A DNA stretch of 64,000 bases from Camelus dromedarius (Eukaryota): NCBI RefSeq assembly GCF_036321535.1, contig NC_087437.1:26600001-26664000 (forward strand). Reading direction: 5' to 3'. The translations under genes and the position numbers were made by a program. Positions 1 to 11,679 of the stretch are shown here, in pieces. Under the pieces are notes generated by a model that made no database searches, was not told the origin of the DNA, and worked only from the letters and a program-made list of their open reading frames with translations. Numbering within the stretch: position 1 is the first letter of the stretch; every line of letters starts with the position of its first letter.

Positions 1-853
1 GCAGATTTTTAGTGGGTTTGCCCAGTTCTCATTCTCCTCACTCATCCTCTTTTGCTTTGTCCTTCCTCTTGCATCTGGGAAAGACAGATTTGTATAATAA
101 CATGAGAGCATTTGAGAGCATTTCAGCAAAGCCTGCTGCCAGCTGCCTTTTCTGACACAGACACATCCCCCAACATCATTTTATCCCTTTTGGGTAAGTG
201 GCCTCCTCCCCATTTCCCAACTGCTTCGGAGATAAAAGAAGGCAGTGAGAGATTTATCCTTTTCCCCATAATATTGTGGCTATAATTTAAAGCTGCCATA
301 ACTCATGTATAGAACTGTGACCATAATACCATGGAAAAAGCCATCATTCAAACCCCAAAGGAAGAAATGTAGAGTCCTGTTTCTTTCAGCTGTAAATTGC
401 CTCAAAACCCACAGACAGCTGCGGGTATAACCAGACAATGGAAACTAAGGTTTGGACAGTTATCCATGACAAATTGTTTTTTTTTTTTTTCCCTCACTTT
501 TTCCACATCTTCACTAGAATTAAAATAGTTTTCTGTTATTGGAAGGTGACCAGGACTAGATCCATACTGGGCTAGTACATGACTCTCCAAGTTTGGGGGA
601 TGCCCTAAAAGATTCTTAGAACTGGATTAAATGTGCAGGTAACGAAGCCTGGTCAAGCTGAGTTGGGGTAGTTAGACTAGTTATGTGAGGATACCGGCCA
701 TGAGTCTTCTGGGGACCATGGTGTCTATTTTTCTTTTGTTTCTAGGGTGGGATGTTCCAGACCAGTAATTTCTCCTACCCTGTTGTGATCCATGCTTTCC
801 AGCAGTGGTTAAGCATAACAGCCTATGCTATGGTTAAAACTCACTACTCTAAT

Positions 854-1014
854 AGATAAACAACAAGGCCCTACTGTATAGCACAGGGAACCATGTTTAA
901 TATCTTACAATTACCTATAATGAAAAACAATATATATATGTATGCCTGAATCACTATGCTGCATTCCAGAAAGCAACACAACATTGTAAATCAACTATTT
1001 GTCAATAAAAAACA
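854..1014 (+). mobile_element. 5'-truncated L1 3'UTR fragment with TSD
   Basis: Typical cetartiodactyl L1 3' end (AGATAAACAACAAGG..CTGTATAGCACAGGGAAC...CATTGTAAATCAACTA..AATAAA, A tail). Flanked by aaaactcactactctaat (836-853) and aaaactcactgccctaat (1015-1032). Confidence 0.85.
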
Positions 1015-1169
1015 AAAACTCACTGCCCTAATCATTCTCTAGTGAGCTCACGTAGGAGAGCATGAATCCCCTAACGTCTGCTCCCCACATGTCCTACCAC
1101 AGCAGCTCTGTCCAATATGCATACTTATACGTGGGTACGAGCACAGCTTATGCATCTGGAACATTCTAG

Positions 1170-1345
1170 ATACTTTGTGCTCACTATATTATCTCATTTA
1201 ATCCTCACCATGACCCTAAATTAGAGATTATCATTCCCACTTTGTAGCTGAGGAAATTAAGTCATCAAGTGACTCAGAGATTAAGCAGAAGAAAACTTCT
1301 AACCCAGGTCAATGGAACTCATCAAGCCAATGCTCTTTCCACACC
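1170..1345 (-). mobile_element. MIR SINE
   Basis: MIR core-like text: tctcatttaatcctcac...cccactttgtagctgaggaaatt. Confidence 0.7.
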
Positions 1346-1685
1346 TGGTTCACAGTTCTTTTAGAAGCTAAGATGTCTATGTCCTCCATTAGAAAAAGGA
1401 GGACAAAATTCTCATAGATGCTACTGAATGTATGAACCTCTAAATCAAATAGTACCTAAATATTTCTGAGATGTCATTTACTTTTAGAAGTTAATACTTT
1501 CCTATTCTTAGGTTTATGCCTTTAGGCTTGTGAGTTCAGGTCCTAGGGTTGAATGGCTTGAAGTCAGTCCCAGCTGTCACTTCTTACCAGTGTGACTTTG
1601 GGTAATAAAGTCAATAACCTCTCTTTGCCTCAGTTTTCTCATCTTAGAATGAAGACTCTAAGTAGTATATACTTTATAGGGTGGG

Positions 1686-1821
1686 GTTTTTTTTAAATTT
1701 TGGGGGGAAGGGAGGAGGTAATTAGGTTTATTTATTTAATTTTTAATGGAGGTTCTGGGGATTGAACCCAGGACCTTGCACATGCTAAGCATGTACTCTA
1801 CCACTGAGCTACCCTCCTCCC
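1686..1821 (-). mobile_element. tRNA-Ala-derived camelid SINE (vic-1 type), inserted in a MIR
   Basis: Reverse complement reads GGTAGCTCAGTGGTAGAG..TTAGCATG..GGTCCTGGGTTCAATCCCCAG (A and B boxes), then AAATAAATAAACCTAATTACCTCC and an A tail. MIR sequence lies on both sides (about 1540-1680 and 1825-1870). Confidence 0.9.
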
Positions 1822-1887
1822 AGGTGTTTTAATTTTTAAAGAGGATAAATTAATGTAAAATGTCCGATACAGGAGTGGCAAGTGGGT

Positions 1888-2333
1888 TGTGTGGCTGACT
1901 TACACTGGTGGCCCCAAATGAACCATGCTTCTCAGTACTAGGCCCTTGTGTAATGTCCTCCCACACTGACTCTGGACTTGGCTGGATAACTTACAAAGTG
2001 GTATGGAAGCAGAGTCTTGATAAGGGCTTGCACATAGAGGTTTGTCCTCTTTGGACACTTGCTCTTGGAACCCTGAGCCAAGAAAAAAGTTAGGCTATCC
2101 TTTTGGAGAGGCCCCCTGGAGAGAGAGATAAATGCCCACTCAAACCCTAGCTGTTCTGTTCCAGCCATTCCAGCCCAGGCTCCAGACAGCCATCTTGGAC
2201 ATTCCAGCCTCAGAAGACCTCATGTGGAGCAGAAGGACCACCCAGCTGAACCCAATCAACCCATAGGCTCCTAAGAAATGATAAAACATTCATTTTGTAG
2301 TGGTTTGTCACACAGCAATAGGTAACTGAGGTA
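1888..2333 (+). mobile_element. MaLR solo LTR (MLT1G/H-like)
   Basis: MLT1 hallmarks: cccacactgactctgg, cccagctgaacccaatcaaccc, and 3' end tggtttgtcacacagcaataggtaactga. Confidence 0.75.
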
Positions 2334-3774
2334 AAGTGCATTCAGTAAATGTCAGCAATTTTTAAGTTGCCATCATTATGCTTTGACTTTATTTCCTCCA
2401 AAATCATAAACATTAAGAGAGGGAAAACTGTGTTCCTCAATACATCAGTCACTCAATAAAAACGTGCTGTGTTCCTCCTATGGGCAGATCAACAATGACT
2501 TGACTCCCATTAAAAAAAAGAAATGGTATTTCCCCCTTCAAGTGTTCCTTCACAGGAATTTTTAACTCTTAGACTTGCAAAGTAGACAAATTTAAATTTC
2601 TCATCTTGTTGGAATTATTATTTATTGAGTAACTATAATGTTTATCCATTTTTTAAACCTTTTAAAAATGCATGAGGGAATGAGTGCAGAACCCAACCTT
2701 ATTTTTCAAATGCTCCCTGCCTCCTCTTGATAGGAAGTTGAAAAATACTCAACACTACATCAGAACTGAAGATGCTCAAGGATAAAAGGCCTTTGAAAGG
2801 CCAGCCAGTCGGCTCCAGTCTAGGCAGGCTTTCATCTCAGCTTCCCAGGTTGCTGCCAAGGCTCCTGTTTTAAAGATCTGCAAACAGCAATCCCTGGGTA
2901 GCTGCACAAAGCCTCTTCCGCACAGCATTGGTGTCTCTATGGGAAACCATGGGGCGGCGTTACCTTTGTGTCCCCCTCAAGCTCCTATATTGTGGGCTGC
3001 TATAATTTAGGGTCATGTTTGTAGCCCTGAAGTGGCATGTGGTTGAAAAGCATCCACTCCTTGCTGGTCTTATACTTAGCTTCTACTGGGCATACAAACA
3101 AGATGAGTTAAAACTGTGCGGTAGAGAGAGCTTGCCTTTCCTCCCACAGTTAGACCAGGCCTGCAGGCCTTCATCTCCTCAAAGACTGGTCTGACTTTAG
3201 GTGTTTACAGGACATATGATTCTAGCCTTACATTTGCATCTTAAGATCGATCAATCAATCTATCTATCTCTCCCAACTATAGAATCAAAGGCCTACCTAG
3301 TTAACCTAGTTTTGAAGTCAGAGAAATATAATATAATTTTGAAATCAAGAGAGATAGGAAATGGAGTCTATTCCGACTCCCAGGTTTATCTGCAGTAGTC
3401 ATTTTCAGACATGACTGGGGTTGGGCGTGGGGGTTCGGAGCAGGACCAGGGAAAACATTTTGCCTGGAGACAAACATTCACAAAGGACCTCAAATTTAGA
3501 TTTTTGACATTATTTCTAAAGGAGGTTTTATATATATATACTCATAGTCATAGACACAGGTGCTTCTCATTCATCTCTAAGCTTGTCCCATGACTGGACC
3601 ATACTATCTTCTGGATGCTGCGAAGTAATTAAAGGAAAACAAACTCTTGTAATTACTTGAGAATAGCACAGTTATGCACTATTATGGTTTTTGAGTTAAA
3701 ACTATAACTTATTAATGTAAACTTTAAAATATACCACAATTTTGTGATCCTGTTTTGACAATTCTTGACAACAG

Positions 3775-3965
3775 CAATAGTGAAGACTTGTGGAGTCCTT
3801 ATCATATGCTAGGCACTTCACAGATGTCACAACCACCTGGTGAAGGAGGAACTATCACCATCCCATTTTACAGCTGAGGAAACTGAGGCACAGGCTTGCT
3901 AAGAAGTCTGCCCAGTGTTCACGGGTGACGGAGCACAGGGCTGGATTTGAGGCCAAGCAGTGTGG
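3775..3965 (-). mobile_element. MIR SINE
   Basis: atcccattttacagctgaggaaactgaggcacag...ctggatttgaggccaagcagtgtggctccagagc. Confidence 0.8.
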
Positions 3966-4099
3966 CTCCAGAGCTAAAGGGTTCAAGCCCCAGATCTATT
4001 GTCAGTTTCGCAAGTCTCCCCCTGTGGGGAGGACCCCATGTATCTCCACAAGGTACTGGGAGGAGAAGGTGGGGAGGACAGGCAGGGGAACCAGGCCAG

Positions 4100-4800
4100 G
4101 AAGGGTGGTGGGTCGGGGTGGGCTGTGCAGGTGCTGAAGCACGAATTGCCGCGCTGGCTGGAGCCGAGGGGCTGAGGCTGCCTTTGCCGAATGCACCAGG
4201 CACAGGCCTGTCAACCCGGCGGCTTCCAGGCCTCAGCCCTTCACTCTGTTCCTGCTCCCTCCTTCTCCCTCTCCTCCTGGCTTTGTCCATCTCTTTGCCT
4301 CAAGACTGCCGCACGTGGTCCCGATTCCTTTCTCCCGGAGGTTCTTTCTCTGCCCAGCCTGCGCGCCACCCTCAGCTCCCATCTCGGGCCTCAGGCTCCC
4401 GTGTGGAGGCCCTGCCACGGTACCTGGACAGCCGTGGAAGACCCGGGGCCCAGAATTTCTACTACCGTAAGCTCTGGGTTGACCCTTCTAGGCCCAAGGT
4501 CCAGGGAGTGGAGGCATGTGGAGAGGAGAGGAACCTGTAAGTAAGAACAGGGCAGACGGCCTGGGAAGGCCCGCTGTCACAGGAGAGTGCGGGGAGAAGG
4601 GTATTTACACCACATGGGAATCTGCTGACACTGCCACGCACTTATGTGCGCATGCGCAGTCACGTGGAGCCCGTGTCCCTCGCCGCAGTGCCAGCGAGCC
4701 TGGCCACCCAGACAGGCTTGCTCACGGCCGTCTGAATCACGGAGCTCCACGGGCACAGGGGACGCAAGCTTTGTAATGGCCTGCAAAATGTTTGCGGCCT
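4100..4800. promoter_or_regulatory. GC/CpG-enriched promoter-like element with NRF1 palindrome and E-box
   Basis: Local CpG enrichment. Perfect TGCGCATGCGCA (4647-4658) directly followed by GTCACGTGG (4659-4667). Second CACGTG near 4312; G4 motif at 4103-4122. Confidence 0.5.
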
Positions 4801-5164
4801 AAAAAAAAGAAAATTGATTACAGCAACTGAAAAACGAGTCATAAAATAAAAATACATGCCTAATTAAATGCCTACAAACCGTAACAGCCCATCGTTACAT
4901 TGGCCACAAATCGACTAACATGTAAGTAGTATGTAATATGGAATGTGGGTGGATTTCCATCTGATTTAATGTGTTTGCAATGTTCTTAAACCAACACGGA
5001 GGCAAAGGAGCTTGCTCCGTCTGAGGCAGCTGGCAGTGAGGGCAGGATTACAAGTGCTAGAGGATTTGCACAGAGAGGAACGGTCACGGGTGGGCACCAC
5101 AGACAGAACCTAAAAGGGGACAGAGTGAGGCAAAGGCGGTCCTATCAAAGATGCCCACACGTTC

Positions 5165-5288
5165 CCCAAAGTGACATGGCTTTGAACTGTAAATACAGTA
5201 CTGCACAAGCCGCACTTAGTTGAATCCGCTGATGCGGAGGAACCTTGCATGCAAAGGGCTGACTATAAATTATTTGCGAATTTTCCAC
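5165..5288 (+). mobile_element. Tigger2/MER8-like MITE fragment
   Basis: ttgaatccgctgatgcggaggaaccttgcatgcaaagggctgactataaatt; inverted homologue of 5455-5678. Confidence 0.65.
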
Positions 5289-5454
5289 CAAGCAGAGATT
5301 TCCTTACCAATCTTAAGTAAAATTCTGAAAATTGCAGTTTGGGTGCAACTGAATTTTTTGCAGAAGTCAGCAAGGCGATTAGGTGGGGGACTGAGGAGGG
5401 AGGTTTGCCTCTTTCTCAGCATCTCTAAAACTGAATCTACGAAAACTCCTTGTA

Positions 5455-5678
5455 CAGTTGACAGCACCCAGGTTGGGGGCACCCACCCTCCAGTGGCAGA
5501 AAATTTGCATATAATTGACAGCTAACCCTTTGTATGCAAGGTTCTTCTGTATCCAGGGTTCTGCATCCATGGATTCAGTCAACCATGGATTGTGTAGTAG
5601 TGTATTTGCTACTGAAAATAATCCATGTATAAGAGGACATGCAAAGTTCAAATCCACGTTGTTCAAGGGTGCCCTGTA
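5455..5678 (-). mobile_element. Tigger2/MER8-like MITE
   Basis: TA-flanked termini ta|cagttgac... and ...gttgttcaagggtgccctg|ta, matching the TcMar-Tigger TIR CAGTTGACCCTTGAACAAC. Confidence 0.8.
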
Positions 5679-5684
5679 CCTACA

Positions 5685-6360
5685 CCAGCGTGTCTGACAC
5701 CTCGTAGTTCCAGGGCCACTATCTGTCCCAAGAGCGTCCCACCAAGTCTCCTGATTCCGTTCAATTTTCTCTCCACAAAACAGAAACAGTGATCTTTAAA
5801 AACCATAAAGCAGATCCCTTCAGACCCCCCACTAAGAATAAACTCTGATTTCCCCTTGCTTTTCATGAAGCCCTTTGTGATCTGGCTCCCACAGCCGCTC
5901 ATCTTCATCACCAGCCTCCTCTCCCAGCGCAACTGACTCCAGCCACACAGCCTCCATGTCCAACTCAGCCTGACCTCAAAGCCTTGGCCCTAGTGGTTAC
6001 CTTTGGCCACAGTCTCTCCCCAAGTCTGCAGGCCCCCAAACTGGCCATTCAGGTCCTGGCCAGAGGTGCCCATTGAGGGAGGACTTCCCTGACCCCAGCC
6101 TCTGCATCACATGGCCTCTCACCACCCTGTTTCATCTTCTTAATCAAACTTTTCACTCCCTGAAACTACTTTTCATGCACATTATTCTTTTACTTTGTTT
6201 GCTTGTTTGCCTGCCTCCTATTTACCAGGATGAAAGTCTCTCCAGGAAGGGACTTGCCCATTGTGGCTGTGTTGCTCTGGTCTATAATGATGGCTGGGAT
6301 GCAGTAGGTTGTCAGGAAATGCCAGTGGAAAGAATGAGTAAAAAAATGAATAAATGGGCC
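5685..6360 (+). mobile_element. L2 3' portion
   Basis: L2 motifs (ccacaaaacagaaacagtgatctttaaaa; gaggacttccctgaccc; terminal gaatgagtaaaaaaatgaataaat). Confidence 0.7.
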
Positions 6361-7297
6361 TGAACTGACATGGCTCACAGGAATGTGGAAACCACGTGAA
6401 TTCTTTGAGATTCTTGGATTGGGGGTAAACTAATTTCAACTAACCCTCCAAGGGGTCTTCAACTAACATCTGGTTTATGTATATTTTTAATTATACCTTA
6501 CTTCATTGCAAAAGAATGTGTGGGCATTTTCAAAGATACATGGAGTGCAGTAAAAAGTTTTTAAAAATAGTAAATATGGAGAGGAAACAAGCATTGAAAA
6601 AATAAGATAAAATGATGGCAAGATTAGCGATTAGAATACACATCACAAAGTTCTTTCTTCCTTGCCAGAAGTGGACTGAAAGTTGACTTTGAGCTTTTAT
6701 TGGCTAGAGACAGCTTACCTACACTAGAGTCCTTAAAGAAGAGAAGAGAAAAATTGTAAAACTTTACTTATTGAATTTTTTTACTTGTTAGCCACGAGTC
6801 ATAACAACTCGGCTAACGTTAAATGTGTTTCCAATTAATTTTACTAACTTTAGTTAGAGCGTAAAATGATTTGTTGTTAATCAATATTTATTGAACACCT
6901 GCACTCACAGGGCTCATACATTCCAACGAACTCACGTGCCTTCCTCATATGCTTCCCTAATGACCTGGCAGGATTCTGACTTCTCAAAACATTTATGGCA
7001 GCAGCGCCTGAAGGAAGGAAGATTTGTTGACAAGCCCCCCAGGTGACGTAGCTCTGACATGGCTTACTTCTAACCAGTAGAAAATTCTTACCTGAGTTTA
7101 ATTTATAGGCTCCTTAATAATACTGAGGTTCATTTTCTTCCTGCCTTCTTGGCCCACTTTTCCAGGATAAAGCCCCTCTGTTGGTTTCTTTATTCTAAAA
7201 TTTACAGATTTTCTAAAATTATGCTCATCTCTGTTTCTCTCTCTGGTAGCTTTCTATGTTCCCCTCTCCCTTTCTCCCTCTCTTCTGCTACACACAG

Positions 7298-7655
7298 TTT
7301 TTGTTTGTTTGTTTGTTTTTTGTTTTTTGCTTTTTCAGTTGGCACTTTTTTCTTTTTCAGTTTTATTAGGTAGAATTATTACAGTTTGACTGCACATATA
7401 CATTATATTGCATGTAATTACACGTGTACAATACACTGTACAATTTTAGTTTATGTGTATGTACTGATCATTGTTTCTAAGAACAGATTAGAGCTTTAGC
7501 TTTTTAAATTTATAGTTACCAAAGGAATAAAACCAACCACAAAATAAGAATCAACAGAATGCGGTAATCCAATTATAAAGGACAGTCAAATGCGCTTACA
7601 TATCTTCAAGAAATCAATCATCTAAGTTAATGAATAAACAGTAATTCACTTGGCG
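7298..7655 (-). pseudogene. Processed retrocopy of an unidentified mRNA 3'UTR end
   Basis: AU-rich non-repeat sequence. Minus-strand AATAAA (7362-7367) about 25 nt before a decayed A/(AAAC)n tail (7298-7336). Candidate TSD acacacagttt (7290-7300) vs acacacattt (7658-7667). Confidence 0.6.
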
Positions 7656-7671
7656 ACACACACATTTCTGA

Positions 7672-7870
7672 AGAGCAGTGCAACATAGTGTTAAAAGCAC
7701 AGGCCATGGACTATTGGCCAAGTTGTTTAGTATTTTTGTGCCTCAGCTGCCCATTTGCAAAAAATTGGGAATGATACATTCATCTACCTCCCAGGGTAGG
7801 TGTGAGGATTAAATGTGTTTATGTACGTAAAGTGCTTCGAACAAGAGCCTGGCACATAGCAAGCACTATG
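7672..7870 (+). mobile_element. MIR SINE
   Basis: gtgcctcagctgcccatttgcaaaa...gtgaggattaaatg...gcctggcacatagcaagcact. Confidence 0.75.
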
Positions 7871-7989
7871 TGAACTTTATGGTTAGAACTAGATGCTATT
7901 CCCCTTTAAAGTGCCCCTCTCCCTTCCCTGTATTTCTCAGCAGAAACTCCTTTATTCCTGTTGTCTTATATCTCTGAGTCTCTGAACAT

Positions 7990-8300
7990 TACTAGAATTC
8001 CCTTCCCCTCTTCATTGCTTGGAGAACTCCTATTCATCCTTCAAAACTAATCTTAGATGTTTCCTTCTGCAGAAAATCTTTCTTAATGGCCACACCCAGC
8101 CCCTCCCCTGGGCTCCTCCAGCAGCCTGTGTGCACCTCTCTATCACAGCATTTAGAACACTGCGAGATATTATCTGTTTGCTTGTCCGTCTCCACAAAGG
8201 ACTGTTGAGACAAAGGCTGGAACTTGACCCTTTGTGTCTTCAGTGTCTAGCATATTGCTTGCTATCTAGTGGCTGCCCAGTTCAAGCTCATTTGAACCAA
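7990..8300 (+). mobile_element. L2 fragment
   Basis: aactcctattcatccttcaaaac...cagtgtctagcatattg. Confidence 0.6.
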
Positions 8301-9854
8301 AATGAGTACAGAACTTATCCAACAGGCAAAAATCAACCAACAAAATGACTGCATCATACTAAGCATCCCAGTATCAGGCTTGCTTTTCTGGCTGGGACTA
8401 AAAGAAACTATGTGTTCTTATTCCTTATCATTTAAATAAAGATTTAACTCATCATAATAGGAGACAAAGTCCTATTTTCCTTACAAAATGCATTTCGGGA
8501 AAGTGGCGTAAGTGTCGGACAGTACCCTTCAGTGGGCCCTAGATTCAAACCCCACTTCTGCCCCTCCAAGTTGTGAAATTTGAGGCAAAGTAATTCACCT
8601 TCCTGGACTTTGGTGTTTGCATCTGTAAAACGGGCATTGTGATGCTCGCCTTGTCTCCCTCTCACATATCTTGTGACCATCAGTCGTGCCAGTAGACGTG
8701 AATGTGCTTTTAGAATAGCATATCGTCCCTCTGCAGATGTGAGATAATATGTTATTTGGGGAGAAACCTTGGTGTCCATATTTAGGCACCTGTCTAACTA
8801 AGCGGTGGGAGACTATTCTGGCTGAAAGGTTAGTTGGAGATAATATTCCTTTTGAATCAAAGTTCAACTGTGAAGCAATTTGCACATTTATATTTTCAGT
8901 TACGCCACTACATTAGATGTTAAGTGATGTTCCAATAAAGTTGACATAAATGGCGCTGCTGTGGAGGCAGGGTGTTAGCCCATCCCATACCCTTAGTGGC
9001 TCTGCAGGGCATGTTGAGTGTTCCTAGGGCAGAGATGACTATATAATTTTACTAAAGTCAGGTGGGGGCAAGGCCGGACAATCCGGGCAAAGGCCAGTTT
9101 GCACACTCCAAACACATGGCTGCGTGAATTATGACTATTTTTACATAGCCACTGAATCATGAAAACTTACACATAACGATTTGTTGGCTAGAAGATGTCT
9201 ACATGCCAGTCCTTTAATTTTTCTTTGCTGCTTTCTAATTTTACTGTGATGATAACAGACGAAACCGCAGCACTTCCATCAGAAACCAGAGCATGTCCGT
9301 GAATAACTAACAGACTGCATAGTTTTCCCAGTGAATTTTCAAAGCCAAACGTGGGTTGGCTTTTGTATATAAATTGCCAGTGCGCCTTTTCCATTCTGGT
9401 GGGAGCTCTCTCAAGGGAACATTACAGCTGTGATGAATAACAGTCCCTCTAAAGAAGCTGGCGTGAGGCACGCATCTCATCCCACTGAGTGGAACACCGT
9501 GCCTGTCACCAAATGTGCCAGGTCTCCCACCATTAAATAAATATATACATATGTCACTTGGCTTTGTTTCCAAGTCCTGAGCTCTATAGAAACCAAGCAC
9601 TTTATTACTATTAATAATGCTACAGTTATAATAGAAGCAAAACCAAAGAATGGTGCTTTGTCCTTAGATGGTGCCTTGATTAAATTTCCCATCATTCATT
9701 CCTTATTATTACTCTTAACATCCTTTAACTCCTCATTTACCACTACAATAAATGATGGTATTCTTTCTAATATAAATTAGCTCTATGCAGCCAATATTTT
9801 AATTAATGAATCTATGAACATACTAACATTTACCTCACGGGATAAAAATAAACA

Positions 9855-9990
9855 TTTATTATGTGACAGGTATTTTTCGCATTATCTCTATCCCCATTTT
9901 ACAGATGAGGAAACTGAGGTTTAGGAAGGTTAAATGACTTCTCTACATGACATAGCTAGAATTTGAACCCAGACCACTATGTTCTAGTAC
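9855..9990 (-). mobile_element. MIR SINE
   Basis: ccccattttacagatgaggaaactgagg...atttgaacccagac. Confidence 0.8.
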
Positions 9991-10289
9991 TTCTCTATAT
10001 AAGTAAAGTATAAAAGCTCTGTTTGATTTTTTTCCCAAGAATCATAACCTTTCCCATGTATAGAGAAGTTTTTTAGAGACAACGCTCATCACTGATCTCT
10101 CAGTAATTATTGTCATGATGCTTTATTATTTTTTTGAAATGCCATTAAAAATATCTCCAGGTATCAGAATCAAACAAGAGAGTATGGAGGCAAATATCCA
10201 GTTTTCTGTTTCTTTGAAAAATTGTATTAGATGCAAATTTTTATTTCAAGATAATATGACCTAGCCTTTGGATTATTTCTATAAACTGT

Positions 10290-10900
10290 AATGTCTTTCT
10301 GACTCCTCTCTCTTCACCCCACTGGTAACCTTAAGAAGCTTACAGAAATTGCCATTTAATGGCCCAGCTCCCAACCTCACACCCACCCCATCTCCTCACC
10401 TCCAGCTACAGTCTACCTATTTCCTGTGGAACCAAATCCAAAAATCCTCATGCCAAAGCCCTCATCAGTGTGGCTTTGTCTTACTTATTCAGTCTTATTT
10501 CCCACAACTCATCAACATTTATCCTTACACTCAACTCAGAGCAACTCCTCTGTCTTTGAGACACACAGTGCTTCTTCCTGACTCCGCACCTTTGATTATG
10601 CGGCCCCCACACTGTGGAGTGCTCACCCCCAACATGGGAAGAAGCTTTAAGACCCATTTCTTCCTTGATGCCAACTCCTCCAGCCCACATTGCTTCCCCC
10701 TATCTTCTTCCTATTCCACATATAGTTATTAACAGTTGAGCAATCAGTGATCCCTTAATTGCTAACAGGTGAAGTTTGGGGCCACCAAATATATTGTCAG
10801 CTCCTTGGGGGACAGTTCTTACCTTATGCTTTCTCTTGTATTCTCTAGAATATTCAGCACAATGCTGAGGAAACATTGGGTGCTCCATATATACTCAAGT
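10290..10900 (+). mobile_element. Old L2 fragment
   Basis: Degenerate L2-like text ending cagcacaatgctgagg..gtgctccatatatact. Confidence 0.5.
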
Positions 10901-11029
10901 AATGAAGATTGGAATTAGTCAACTTAGATCGAAAAATCTTGGGTTTCTAATTTGTAATACATTTATTAACTTTATAATCTCGTTTAAGTAATGTTTAAAG
11001 CAATCTGAATGTACAAAAGTAAGTGTTGA

Positions 11030-11625
11030 GTTATGTAAGGAATGATACATACATACAATGGAATATTATGCAGCCATCTAAAATACTTCTTGAAGAAATA
11101 TGATGTTAAGTTGTTTTGCAGTGTGTTGGTAAGTTAAAAAATGTTGTTAAAAAATGCATGGAATAATCCTAATTTGAGAATGAAAACCCCACCATCAACA
11201 GGATATTAAAAAGCATGAACCATGAAGGAGAAGACTGATAAATGGGACTTTACAAAGACCTTCTATTTATGAAAAGACACCTTTAACAGAGTATATAGGC
11301 AAGCCTGACAGAACATTCAATCCAGAATATATAAAGAATTCCTACAAAAAGCAAGACAACACCATTTAAAAGATGGGCAAAAGGCTTGAACAGGCAAGAA
11401 GAAGATATCCAAATACCCATTAAAAAAAAAATGAAAAGGTACCTAACATCATTAGTCGTCAGTGAAATGCAAATAAAAACTACCGCAATGAGATACCAGT
11501 ACACACACACTAGATGGCTAAAATAAAAAAAAATTAAAAAAAAAAGGAGAAGAACTGATAATATCAAGTATTTGCAAAGATATGGAGCAACTGAAACTGC
11601 TAACCAGTACTATATTGGAACCATC
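11030..11625 (+). mobile_element. Old L1M fragments (ORF2 C-terminal region / 3' end)
   Basis: aatggaatattatgcagcc; tccagaatatataaagaatt..aaagatgggcaaaaggcttgaacagg; gaaatgcaaataaaaactaccgcaatgagatacc. Confidence 0.75.
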
Positions 11626-11679
11626 ATTCCATTCCATCGTAAATTCCTTTTTATTTACTTATTTATTTGTCTGGAGAAC

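Noticed and set aside
3947..4540. 197-aa ORF and overlapping GC-rich ORFs
   Set aside because: Starts inside a MIR at a non-ATG codon, has low-complexity G/P/R/S composition and no recognisable domain; open frames are expected in GC-rich DNA.
4750..4990. Possible old hAT-Tip100 fragment downstream of the NRF1 motif
   Set aside because: Resemblance is too weak to call from memory.
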